Virus record (IMG/VR): IMGVR_UViG_3300047094_001400
Location: 6,473-70,472 of that record
DNA: 64,000 bases
From: a virus
Reading direction: 5' to 3' (one strand)
The notes under the pieces are model-generated. The model saw only the letters and a list, made by a program, of their open reading frames with translations, made no database searches and was not told the DNA's origin. This document shows positions 1-9,300 of this stretch, piece by piece (the first letter of the stretch is position 1; each line of letters starts with the position of its first letter). Made by a program: the position numbers and the translations under genes.

Positions 1-69
1 AGCGATGGTAAGCGTAAGGCTATCTTTGAAATGGGTACAAACAAACCTGCCGTAATTGAACGGACATAA
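1..69 (+). CDS. 3' end of an upstream gene (partial, ...SDGKRKAIFEMGTNKPAVIERT*)
   Basis: Open frame from base 1 to TAA at 67-69, followed by a short A-rich spacer and the next ATG. Confidence 0.5.
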   Translation, partial: SDGKRKAIFEMGTNKPAVIERT

Positions 70-82
70 CAATTAAAAGTGA

Positions 83-958
83 ATGATACAGGTACAGACT
101 ATCATAGACAGAATTAAGTCGGCTTTGGATGCCGAGGGAAGTGATTATTACAACTTCAATCGGGATTTCAAACCTGCAATAAACTATGCCTTGGAATGGT
201 CTGTATCTGTAATCAGTCCTTATATTGGGCAAAAGAAGTTTTCCGAGGAGTTGTTCAGGGAGCTTACTTTCAGTAAAATTTGGCAGACAAGTCAATACAG
301 CAGGATTAATATCAATCCTGCGGAACTGAATAATCGGGATATTTGGACTGTCCTTGCAATTTACCCTAAGCCATGGGTAGTAGTTGAGGATGCCACAGAT
401 TTGCTTCCAAACCTACCTGCACAATACTACTTGGAAATTCAGCCAAGTTTGAATCAGCAGTCCTACAATGCCCCTATTGTAACGCAAATGTATAATGCGG
501 TAGGCAATACAACTTTGCTTCCGCACCAAAGTACATTCAGACCTGAACTTAGTTTCTTAAGAAGCAACCATAGTTGCCGTAGGGAGAACTTAGAAGTGTA
601 CGCTGTTAATAAAGGAAACCCATTTGCACCAGGGAATATTGCCTACAATGATGATGTTACCGAGTATTGCTATACTTCCTACACAGATTATACAGCGGTT
701 TTTGGTGGCTATAAACTAAGTGTTCCAAGGGAAATAGAGGTTGCCCCATACATTCCGAATGAATTAGTGGCGGTTTTCTACATTCATACTCCTGCAGAAA
801 TTACTGCTCCGACAGATGTTATTCCATTCCCTGCAATTATGCTGAATGTTTTGGTAAGCAAAGCACTCAATTATATTGCCATCAAGCAAAACAATGGAAC
901 TAATCTGAGGGGAACAACGGATCAGGAACTTTTAACCTTATTGGGGGCAGTTGAATAA
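83..958 (+). CDS. Putative virion neck/tail ring (tail tubular-type) protein
   Basis: 291-aa ORF in the structural block; helical N-terminus and C-terminal 'IPFPAIMLNVLV' resemble podovirus adaptor/ring proteins; inferred from gene order. Confidence 0.5.
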   Translation: MIQVQTIIDRIKSALDAEGSDYYNFNRDFKPAINYALEWSVSVISPYIGQKKFSEELFRELTFSKIWQTSQYSRININPAELNNRDIWTVLAIYPKPWVVVEDATDLLPNLPAQYYLEIQPSLNQQSYNAPIVTQMYNAVGNTTLLPHQSTFRPELSFLRSNHSCRRENLEVYAVNKGNPFAPGNIAYNDDVTEYCYTSYTDYTAVFGGYKLSVPREIEVAPYIPNELVAVFYIHTPAEITAPTDVIPFPAIMLNVLVSKALNYIAIKQNNGTNLRGTTDQELLTLLGAVE

Positions 959-959
959 T

Positions 960-1244
960 ATGAAAGACAGGTCAGCCATTCTGAAAAGAGTTGGGGTAAG
1001 CGGTTTTAATAAGCCGAAAAGAACTCCAAGCCATCCTACCAAAAGCCATGTAGTTGTGGCGAAGGAAGGAGATAAAACTAAAACTATCCGTTTTGGACAG
1101 CAGGGAGTAAGTGGTAGCCCTAAAAAGAAAGGTGAAAGTCCGGCTGAAAGAAAAAGGCGTGAAAGTTTCAAGGCAAGACACGCTAAGAATATTGCAAAGG
1201 GCAAAATGAGTGCGGCCTTTTGGAGTTCGAGGGTCAAATGGTGA
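960..1244 (+). CDS. Small basic conserved phage protein
   Basis: Motifs 'KSHVVVAK..KTIRFGQQG' and 'RRESFKARH..SAAFWS..VKW' resemble a family I recall from many aquatic phages; ATG at 960 preferred. Confidence 0.7.
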   Translation: MKDRSAILKRVGVSGFNKPKRTPSHPTKSHVVVAKEGDKTKTIRFGQQGVSGSPKKKGESPAERKRRESFKARHAKNIAKGKMSAAFWSSRVKW

Positions 1245-1274
1245 TAGAAATTAACCAATAATCAATAACATTTT

Positions 1275-1664
1275 ATGGCAAAAAATAATAATACCAATCC
1301 ATTTGGCTCTAAAAAGAAAGCAATAGCCAATATGAGAAAGACAAAATCAGGAAGTGAAATGTATATGATAACTGATTCTGGTCAAAAAGCATCTCATAAA
1401 ATGAGTTGGGTTGGTGACCCTTCTAAAAAAAGAGGCAATTTTGCAGTCTTCCCAACAATAGCACCAAAACTTGGAAAGGAAATGTCAAGAAGTCCAAAGG
1501 ATTGGATTGAACAAACGCCACAACAAGCCAAGCAAAGAAATGAACTTATTAATGTTAATTCAAGACGAAAAGCCGAAAAACTTGCAGCAGGTTCTTGGAA
1601 AAAAGGTTCTGAAAAAAAAATTGCTATGGCAGAGTATAGAGCCAATAAAACTAAGCGTAAATAA
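1275..1664 (+). CDS. Basic hypothetical protein
   Basis: 129-aa Lys-rich ORF with ATG after an A/T-rich leader. Confidence 0.6.
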   Translation: MAKNNNTNPFGSKKKAIANMRKTKSGSEMYMITDSGQKASHKMSWVGDPSKKRGNFAVFPTIAPKLGKEMSRSPKDWIEQTPQQAKQRNELINVNSRRKAEKLAAGSWKKGSEKKIAMAEYRANKTKRK

Positions 1665-1671
1665 AACTTCG

Positions 1672-1679
1672 TATATTTG
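1672..1679 (+). promoter_or_regulatory. Bacteroidota sigma-A -7 element (TATATTTG)
   Basis: Matches TAnnTTTG, intergenic, upstream of the 1712 ORF. Confidence 0.6.
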
Positions 1680-1711
1680 TATTCAGTTCAACTAAATTTA
1701 TACTTCAAACA

Positions 1712-2176
1712 ATGAAAAAACTTTTCTTCTTTCTGTCTGTACTGCTTTTTGCAGTTGCTTGTGAGCCAAGCGTAAAGGCTCAAAACCTGACTTATTCCTT
1801 TGCAAATGGGAATATTGTTGTAAGGCGGTCTAACAATGTTGTCAAAGCATTGGCTGTTATTGGCACTTCTGTGGACACCGTTACAATTACTTCTGTTCGC
1901 TACCTTCGTTTTTCAAACAATGGTACTACACAACTGACTTTGGCGTATGGTGCTTCAAGCGATTCTATTAATGGAAGAACTTGGGTTCAGGCTCGCAACA
2001 TAATTAATCAGGATATTAATAGCCAACTTGGCAATTATCTCGGTGCCTATACCAAAGCCAATTTAATTACTTCTGATACTGCTATTACAGGCAAATATTA
2101 TTACGATACCGATTCTGTTACTTTTCGTTTTAAGAGGGCAGTTGGTGGTTTTCAAAGCCTTCAGCCAAAGAATTAA
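1712..2176 (+). CDS. Secreted protein or lipoprotein (moron-like unit)
   Basis: Signal peptide MKKLFFFLSVLLFAVAC with possible lipobox Cys; has its own promoter and terminator. Confidence 0.65.
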   Translation: MKKLFFFLSVLLFAVACEPSVKAQNLTYSFANGNIVVRRSNNVVKALAVIGTSVDTVTITSVRYLRFSNNGTTQLTLAYGASSDSINGRTWVQARNIINQDINSQLGNYLGAYTKANLITSDTAITGKYYYDTDSVTFRFKRAVGGFQSLQPKN

Positions 2177-2204
2177 TATTGATTTTTGCGTTGTCATTTG
2201 ACAG

Positions 2205-2237
2205 AAACCCGAGAGTGATGACCTCGGGTTTTTTTTT
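2205..2237 (+). terminator. Intrinsic terminator
   Basis: aaacccgag-N9-ctcgggttt followed by a T run. Confidence 0.8.
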
Positions 2238-2275
2238 ATTGTCCTTTTTTCTATACATTTTCGTAACTTTGGGGT

Positions 2276-3049
2276 ATGGCTGGATATACATACAGGGAAG
2301 TTGTCTATGATATTTGGCAATCCCTAAAACAAAACTTTGATGATGGGGAACTTACCATAGCACAGGTACTTTACCATGTCAGCGTTAGTGCTAATAGGCT
2401 GAAATTTCAGCACTTAGACAAAGAATACAAAGAACAAGGCTCCATTGGTGGAGATTATTTGCGTATTTACTCAAATATTCCTATTCAGGTAAGTAATTCT
2501 TCTACCAACCCCAATGTAATTAAGGGGAATAAGTACATTATTCTTCCTGCAAGGATACTTGACCTACCAAGAGATGGTGGAATTAAGTTTATTACCTACA
2601 ATCATTTAGATCCAAACTGCTGTTATGGTCCCAATCAGGTGAATTTTACAAGAACTACACCTGGTTTTGGTATTCAAAGGCTGTATGCCAATCCGTATGA
2701 GAAGCCAAGTGAGGCTAATCCGTACTATTATTTGGTGGAGGATGAGGATGGTAATGGTGTTAGGATATATTTATTGGGTATGGAGTGTAGCAATATCAGT
2801 ACTTTAAGGATTGGTTGCTATTCCTATACAACTGCAAGCGATGTAAAGAGCTTAGATGATGTGGTGGACTTGCCTGAACATTTAATTGAAGTGTTAAAAT
2901 ATAATGTAATAAGCCTTGGTAAGTTTGTTTTATCTACTGCTGATGATAATATTAATGATGGACAGGATACAACAACAGAGGGAGGAATAAGCCGTGCAGA
3001 GCAGTTGTATCAACAACAGGTTACTCAACAATTACAGGGAGGTAGTTAA
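2276..3049 (+). CDS. Putative tail ring/tubular protein
   Basis: 257-aa ORF; 'VDLPEHLIEVLK' near the C-terminus and position before the tail stabilisation gene resemble crAss-like ring proteins. Confidence 0.5.
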   Translation: MAGYTYREVVYDIWQSLKQNFDDGELTIAQVLYHVSVSANRLKFQHLDKEYKEQGSIGGDYLRIYSNIPIQVSNSSTNPNVIKGNKYIILPARILDLPRDGGIKFITYNHLDPNCCYGPNQVNFTRTTPGFGIQRLYANPYEKPSEANPYYYLVEDEDGNGVRIYLLGMECSNISTLRIGCYSYTTASDVKSLDDVVDLPEHLIEVLKYNVISLGKFVLSTADDNINDGQDTTTEGGISRAEQLYQQQVTQQLQGGS

Positions 3050-3051
3050 TT

Positions 3052-3816
3052 ATGGAATGGAGTGATGTTATTACCGCTGACGATATTATATCTGAAGTGA
3101 GTATGATGCTTGACGATGCTGATATGAGTAGAGGTTTAAGCCGTGGGTACTATATGAATAGTGTTCAAAGGGCTTTTGAGGACTTGAATTTGCAGTCGTT
3201 TATGACTATCAAGACTATTGACATTGAACTTAAGCCAGGTAGATTCACTTTGGATATGCCTTCTGATAGTTTCAATATCCGTGAGATGTATATGCACAAT
3301 GGTGTGTGTTGTCAGCCGGGTGGAGAAATGGCAGTAGTTCATTGGAAAAGACTTTACAATAATAGCCAAGGTGGTCCGGGATATACTGCTGCAAAGAAAG
3401 ATAATCAGGCACAGGATTACTACTTCAATGCTGATGGATTTGGAAGCGATATTAATGGTCTTGGATATACTACTTACTTTGCCAATATTGAAAATAGGTT
3501 GATAATGCTTAGTAGTCCGTGTTTGGAGTATAGGTATTTGAGATTGGTTTACAATAGTATGGGTGGAGAGATAGGTGATAAGTTAGAGATACCAAGAGTA
3601 GTTCGTGAGTGCATTACTTTAATGACCGCTAAGAGGGTCTGTATGGCACTTATGGCTCGGGATGATAAGAAGTATCGGGTATTGTACCAAGTAATCACTA
3701 ATGACTTAGATTCGCCAAGAGATGGTGCTTTAGCAAGAGCCAAGGTATTTCTTGTCAGAATGGGAACTTGGAAGAGAAATGAGTTTAATTTAAGAAACGA
3801 AACCGCAAAGTTTTAA
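3052..3816 (+). CDS. Putative tail ring/tubular protein
   Basis: 254-aa ORF; 'LRLVYNSM..KLEIPRVVRECI' C-terminus and gene order. Confidence 0.5.
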   Translation: MEWSDVITADDIISEVSMMLDDADMSRGLSRGYYMNSVQRAFEDLNLQSFMTIKTIDIELKPGRFTLDMPSDSFNIREMYMHNGVCCQPGGEMAVVHWKRLYNNSQGGPGYTAAKKDNQAQDYYFNADGFGSDINGLGYTTYFANIENRLIMLSSPCLEYRYLRLVYNSMGGEIGDKLEIPRVVRECITLMTAKRVCMALMARDDKKYRVLYQVITNDLDSPRDGALARAKVFLVRMGTWKRNEFNLRNETAKF

Positions 3817-3819
3817 CAG

Positions 3820-6800
3820 ATGCCATTACCAATACACAATCAACAGAATACACAGTTAGATGTTAAGGCATTTAACAAGGGTGCTCAATACAGCATAGAG
3901 GAGCAGTTCCTTGGACAAAGTGATAGTGGTGCTTATATTGATGCAGAGAATATGCGTCCTACTGGATTGAAAGAGGATGAAATGGCTTTGCAGAGAATTG
4001 ATGGGGAGGACAAGATTTATGTGAGTGAGGATAATAGTTGCTTAAATTATTATGGTGGTACTTTTGCAAATGGAGAGTGGAGATGCTTGGGTACTATGTA
4101 TGTTAAGGACAATATAGTTGAATTGTGGTGTGATGAGAACCAAATCGAGGCTCCATTCATAAGAATTAACGGGCAGATTTGTGCAGCAAGTCCACAACTA
4201 CCTTTGGACATTGACTTTCCTGTTCAGTTCCATTGGAATAATACCTGTTTAGGTGGAGAGATTTATATTACCGACAACAATACTCCTCCTATTATCCTGA
4301 ATGTGCAGGATATGATTGATAATAGTACAGCACCTAATTGTACTGAAAAATACTTCAATGAGTTCGATAGGAGGAGATATGAAATTAATACACAGATTCC
4401 TCCACATATACTATCTTTTGTTGAATTGACTGCTAATCCTGGTTATCCAGGTGCAACGGTTTATGGTGCAGGAGGGTTAAAAGTTGGTATGTATTCCTAT
4501 TCTTTTAGGTATGTAACCAAGGATGGAGATAGAACTGCGTGGACAAATGTTACGCCTACGATACCTGTTCCGGTAAATATAAATGCAGATAGTAATCAAT
4601 ATCCGTACATAAAGACTTATGGTGCAGACCCAAGTACTCAAACAAAGTATGGAATTGTACTGAATTTCAGGGCTCAAAATGACTTGAACTTTGACTATAT
4701 TGAGATTAAGAGGTATAGTTACAATACGGGAGTTCCGGTTGGGTTTACTCCAAGTGCGGAGTTGATAGGTACTTTGTCATTGGTTGATGGGGAAAACTCA
4801 ATAAGATATATCCTTGACATAGGGGCTGTTGGGGAACCAATTACGGATGAAGAGGACACTACTACTTTTGCCCCGATTAAGGCTGCAAAAACGATAAGGT
4901 ACTTTGAGAATAGATTGTATTTGATGAATATCAAGTATGAATCTATGGACTTTACACCCTCGTTTGTTTCATATCCTCCTGCAAGTCCAAGACCCAATAT
5001 GTTTCCTGTTATGGCTCCATTGGGAACGGTTGGCTACAATGATGCCTACAATACTACCTATCACAGGAGTTATTTCCGTGGGGAGAAGTATGGTTTTGCG
5101 GTAGGATTTTGGAATAACTTAATGGGCAAAACTTTTGCTACGAAAGTTCCTAACTTTACCAATTACCAAATGCCTGAACGCAGGGATGAGGCAAGTGCAT
5201 TGACAGGAACTTTTAGTTATACTGCAAGTGGTGCTACTACTTTGCCTACTGCTGTTGTTTATTCTACAAATAGCGATGCCCCTTGCCACGAAACATATAC
5301 TCTTAGGAATGCAATAACAAAAGATGATTGCTGTTCATTTAAGAATATATCGTGTGAAGGTAATAAAGATGATTCATGTGATGCTCCACTTGGATTTAAT
5401 AATATGCCAAGTTATTGTGGTGGGTGTGGGATAGCACCTGAACCATATGACGCAAGTGATATAGGTTATCAACCTCTTACTCCCATTGGCGAATCAGACC
5501 CTAATGTATCAGGACATGACTATGTAATAAATACCCGTGTTGAGAATACTTGTACTAACCTTGGTGATTATCATCCTGCTGGGTTTGCACCTGAATACTT
5601 TGCCTTAGGAATGGCATTGAATGGTATTGATACAAGTTTATTGCCAACAAACATTCAGGCATTTTCGGTACTTAGAACAAGACCTGCAGGTAGAGTTGTA
5701 TTTCAGGGAATAGGTGGCTACTATCTTTATCCGAATCCGGGTGGTGATACCGACCCTGCATATAAGGCTGTAAACAAATTGTGGTTTTATGGGTTTGAGG
5801 GTACTTCAAGAGCAGGATTAATAAGTCAGGCAATTATCAATCAAATAGGTGCTAATGCAGGTGGGCAATATGAGGCTCAATTAGTTTCTCCTGTTGGTTT
5901 GTTTTCTGAAATTCCACACGGAGAAAATAGAACTTTTCTTGGAGGCAAAGACATTATTGATATGTGTTTGTATCCAAGATTCTACGAGGACAATGCTACA
6001 ATAAATCTTACTCCTGACCCAACAAGCACAGGTGGATATATTCAGTTTGGAAAGTGGAGGAATGCAGGTTTCCCGGGTTCAGGATGGACTACGATTCTAT
6101 CAACAAATAAAGCGAGTTTTGTTATTAACGAGTTTAGAAACGCAAATAACTCTGCTACAAATACAAGCGGTGTTGGTGCTGAGTATGTAGGTGATAGAGG
6201 GAATCAGTATTTTGTGCTTGGTACGAGCATAGATGTTTATGGTGTTCAAAGCGTTGGCTTAAATGCTTGTGATAATGCTTATGATAGTGGCGATTTAAAG
6301 TCATTTCATGAACCTTGGTACAATATCAATATTGTTGACACCTTAGCGAATGTTGCTCAGGGAGATATTACTACCTACTACGATACAGGTGCATATCAGA
6401 AACTAAAATCTTGGGTGGGCACTTACACTCCAACTTCTGCTACATTCCAACTTGCAGGGGATGAAAGATGGGAAGATGTAAGACCATATATTGCTAATAC
6501 ATATACAAATTTTTCATCGATTGATACAAACACAATAAACTCAATACTTGAAATTGAGTTGCCAAATGGCACTATTCAATATTGGTTGAATGCTGATAAT
6601 GTGTCAAATGCAAATATTGATTTAATGATTCCGTCTTTGCCTTATACAATAGGAACAAATACTCCTGGTGGTAGTAAAGATGGAGTAACTATTTCAGGTT
6701 TTTACAGAGTTTTATTTGCCTCTCCAAGAACTTTTGTAATTGTGTTTACGGCAGGCTCAACTCCAATGACCCCACAAACCGACAGCAAAATTTACATTAA

Positions 6801-8472
6801 GTACGACAATGAAGTGCCTATTCGTGCTTATGGTGGAGATGCTTATACAGGAGATGATGTAGGTTGCTTTGTAGATAGACAAGTTCCTAATGGGGGTGGA
6901 AATCCGAATAATACAGGTACAAGCAGTCCGCTACCTATGAACCTTGGTTTGCCTTATTATGAGGTTCAGATAAACCCAAGAATGTTTATTACTCAGGATG
7001 CAAGGGGTGGAATATTAACAAACAAAATTCAAGATTGCAGTAAAGTAAAAAGCGATTGGGTGCGTCAAATGATTGCACTATTCAATGTAGAAAGTAGGGT
7101 TCATGTAGCATACTTCCACGAGGTTGCTAAATTAGACCCACCACAATTTCAAATGGGTAAGTTCTTTCCTGCGACAAACTACATTATGCGTCCTAATGAG
7201 TGGGAAACAACGGTTGAGGATGATAACTTCTGTGGGGGTGCAGGGATTATTTACGATACCTACAAGTCAGACTACCCAAGCGAGTGGCTTTATTGGAAAT
7301 ATGGTGGTTACAGATATCAACCTCAGTACAATATTGACTATATGCACATTCAGAATGTAGTTATATGGACAACAAAGCCTACTACTGGATACAGAGAACT
7401 TACAGAATTTTGTTCAAGGGTTGCGTATAGCGAAAGGAGAGATATTGCAAGGGTAGATAGTCCTGGCATAAGAACTTTCAGTCCGGCAAATATCTATGAC
7501 ATTGAGGACCAATCAGGCGAAATAAAGTACGCTTGGAGTGCTTTAGGTGGAAACAAGGGGAACAACCTTTATGCTGTTACCGACAGAGGTGTTTGTCTTT
7601 TAATTACAGAGGACGTGCTTATTCGTGATGCAACCTCCGAGCAAATTGCCATGGGATTGACTACTGAAAACAATGTAATTAGTGGTCAGTATTGGATAAG
7701 CAAGGAAATCGGAATGAATGATGAGGCTTGGCGGTCAAGGTCAGAGTACAATAATGCCTTGTATTTTATCAATAGAACAAGTGCATATCTGCTTGAAGAT
7801 AACCAACTTACGGATATTGCAAGGGAGTTTTCTTACTTTGCAAGAATCAATCCATTCCTAAAACAAACTACACTTGGATATGAAACTTGGCTTACAAGTC
7901 TTTATGATGTCAAGTATGGGGAGTATTGGGTTCAGATTCAGGCAGGTAATGCTTCTGAAGAACCAATAGACAACTTGTTTATTTTCAGTAGAAAAAACAA
8001 AGCGTGGAACGGAACTTACTCACACAGATATGACCAATACCTAAGTTTTGACAATCAGACTTACGGAATGGGTAGATGGGCAGATGGTGGTGAGGCAGTT
8101 ACTTTTGTCTTAGATACGGGAGACCAAATTAACGACAATCCAATTCAAGCAAGGGTAATTCAGTCAAGTGCCAAGAATCAGATACTTGCAAAAGAATTTC
8201 AGGGCGTAAGGGTAGTTTCAAACCAAGTTCCTTTAAGGGTTAATTTCTATGACAACCTGCAACAATACTTGTCTGGTAATATTCAAACGAGTGTATTACA
8301 AGCCAATCTTCGTGATTATGGTTCAGGTTGGGAGCAGTACATAGGCAGAAAAACGGTTGTTGGGAATGACAATCGCATGCAGGGAACTTCCATTGTTTAT
8401 GAAATAATATTCCAAGGAACAGGGGATTTCAAGATAGTGAGTTCGGGAATTTATTGGAAACCTTTGGTTTAA
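3820..8472 (+). CDS. Tail stabilisation/muzzle protein (P22 gp10-like, crAss-like)
   Basis: 1550 aa, beta-rich; 'YIDAENMR', 'GMYSYSFRYVTKDGDRTAWT', 'ENRLYLMN' and 'GEKYGFAV' patterns typical of crAss-like stabilisation proteins. Confidence 0.65.
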   Translation: MPLPIHNQQNTQLDVKAFNKGAQYSIEEQFLGQSDSGAYIDAENMRPTGLKEDEMALQRIDGEDKIYVSEDNSCLNYYGGTFANGEWRCLGTMYVKDNIVELWCDENQIEAPFIRINGQICAASPQLPLDIDFPVQFHWNNTCLGGEIYITDNNTPPIILNVQDMIDNSTAPNCTEKYFNEFDRRRYEINTQIPPHILSFVELTANPGYPGATVYGAGGLKVGMYSYSFRYVTKDGDRTAWTNVTPTIPVPVNINADSNQYPYIKTYGADPSTQTKYGIVLNFRAQNDLNFDYIEIKRYSYNTGVPVGFTPSAELIGTLSLVDGENSIRYILDIGAVGEPITDEEDTTTFAPIKAAKTIRYFENRLYLMNIKYESMDFTPSFVSYPPASPRPNMFPVMAPLGTVGYNDAYNTTYHRSYFRGEKYGFAVGFWNNLMGKTFATKVPNFTNYQMPERRDEASALTGTFSYTASGATTLPTAVVYSTNSDAPCHETYTLRNAITKDDCCSFKNISCEGNKDDSCDAPLGFNNMPSYCGGCGIAPEPYDASDIGYQPLTPIGESDPNVSGHDYVINTRVENTCTNLGDYHPAGFAPEYFALGMALNGIDTSLLPTNIQAFSVLRTRPAGRVVFQGIGGYYLYPNPGGDTDPAYKAVNKLWFYGFEGTSRAGLISQAIINQIGANAGGQYEAQLVSPVGLFSEIPHGENRTFLGGKDIIDMCLYPRFYEDNATINLTPDPTSTGGYIQFGKWRNAGFPGSGWTTILSTNKASFVINEFRNANNSATNTSGVGAEYVGDRGNQYFVLGTSIDVYGVQSVGLNACDNAYDSGDLKSFHEPWYNINIVDTLANVAQGDITTYYDTGAYQKLKSWVGTYTPTSATFQLAGDERWEDVRPYIANTYTNFSSIDTNTINSILEIELPNGTIQYWLNADNVSNANIDLMIPSLPYTIGTNTPGGSKDGVTISGFYRVLFASPRTFVIVFTAGSTPMTPQTDSKIYIKYDNEVPIRAYGGDAYTGDDVGCFVDRQVPNGGGNPNNTGTSSPLPMNLGLPYYEVQINPRMFITQDARGGILTNKIQDCSKVKSDWVRQMIALFNVESRVHVAYFHEVAKLDPPQFQMGKFFPATNYIMRPNEWETTVEDDNFCGGAGIIYDTYKSDYPSEWLYWKYGGYRYQPQYNIDYMHIQNVVIWTTKPTTGYRELTEFCSRVAYSERRDIARVDSPGIRTFSPANIYDIEDQSGEIKYAWSALGGNKGNNLYAVTDRGVCLLITEDVLIRDATSEQIAMGLTTENNVISGQYWISKEIGMNDEAWRSRSEYNNALYFINRTSAYLLEDNQLTDIAREFSYFARINPFLKQTTLGYETWLTSLYDVKYGEYWVQIQAGNASEEPIDNLFIFSRKNKAWNGTYSHRYDQYLSFDNQTYGMGRWADGGEAVTFVLDTGDQINDNPIQARVIQSSAKNQILAKEFQGVRVVSNQVPLRVNFYDNLQQYLSGNIQTSVLQANLRDYGSGWEQYIGRKTVVGNDNRMQGTSIVYEIIFQGTGDFKIVSSGIYWKPLV

Positions 8473-8508
8473 TGTGTAATTTTGGACAAATAAAATAAGG
8501 AGGAAATT

Positions 8509-9273
8509 ATGCCATTACCATTAGTAGCATTAGCCGCAGCCCCAAAAATACTTGGGGCATTAGGAGCGATAAAAGGAGTTGCAGGTGCCGCAGGTGCCGC
8601 AGGTGCCGCAGGTGGTGGTGGTGCACTTCCAACCGCAGTTGGTGGTGCTCAACTTCTTTTGGGCAATATTCAACGGGCAAAGGCTAAGAAAATGCAACCC
8701 GGACAAGAAGATCCAATGCAAGTAACGGCTATGCAGGAGTATCAGCGTAGGGCGAATAATGCTATGACGGGTGCGAATATCAGCAATCAGATGCGTGATT
8801 TAGCACAAATGCAGGGTGCAGGAATTAAGGCATTAAGTCGTGGTGGTAATATCAATCAGTTTGGTCAGGTATCAAGAATGCAGAGTAAGGCTTTGAATGA
8901 TATTTTGGCACAGGGACAACAAACGGAATTGAGTTATAGAAATATGTTTAACCAAGCACTTGAATCTGTTGCTGACCGTAGAATGAGAGTTCAAAGTAAG
9001 GCTGCGGATGCTATGAATATGAGGGCTGAAAAGAATATTGCAGCAGGAACGCAGGGCATTATGGCAGGATTGACTAAGATGGGTGGAGGTTCTACAAGTA
9101 GTTCAGCAGGAGGGTCGCAAATGAGAATACCAAAGCCTAACTATAATATCGTTGGAACGGGTGGTGCAGACAGTCCTAATCCTATGTCAATGGAACAAAT
9201 TAACGCATCAGCAAAAGCCCCTATTCTTGGATTTGGTGGACAACCACTTAATTTACCTTTGCCATCGAAATAA
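8509..9273 (+). CDS. Putative internal virion/ejection (pilot-like) protein
   Basis: Ala/Gly-rich hydrophobic N-terminus and Gln/Met-rich helical body; follows the tail gene; TAATTTTG at 8477. Confidence 0.5.
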   Translation: MPLPLVALAAAPKILGALGAIKGVAGAAGAAGAAGGGGALPTAVGGAQLLLGNIQRAKAKKMQPGQEDPMQVTAMQEYQRRANNAMTGANISNQMRDLAQMQGAGIKALSRGGNINQFGQVSRMQSKALNDILAQGQQTELSYRNMFNQALESVADRRMRVQSKAADAMNMRAEKNIAAGTQGIMAGLTKMGGGSTSSSAGGSQMRIPKPNYNIVGTGGADSPNPMSMEQINASAKAPILGFGGQPLNLPLPSK

Positions 9274-9300
9274 TTTTTCATCAAACAATAAAGTAGGAAT

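Noticed and set aside
2186-2231. Possible loop pairing between gttgtcatt and the terminator loop agtgatgac
   Set aside because: Needs three G-U pairs and lacks the promoter and hairpin architecture of the kissing-loop family
8581-8622. gcaggtgcc tandem repeat
   Set aside because: Simple coding repeat (AGA units) within a Gly/Ala-rich segment
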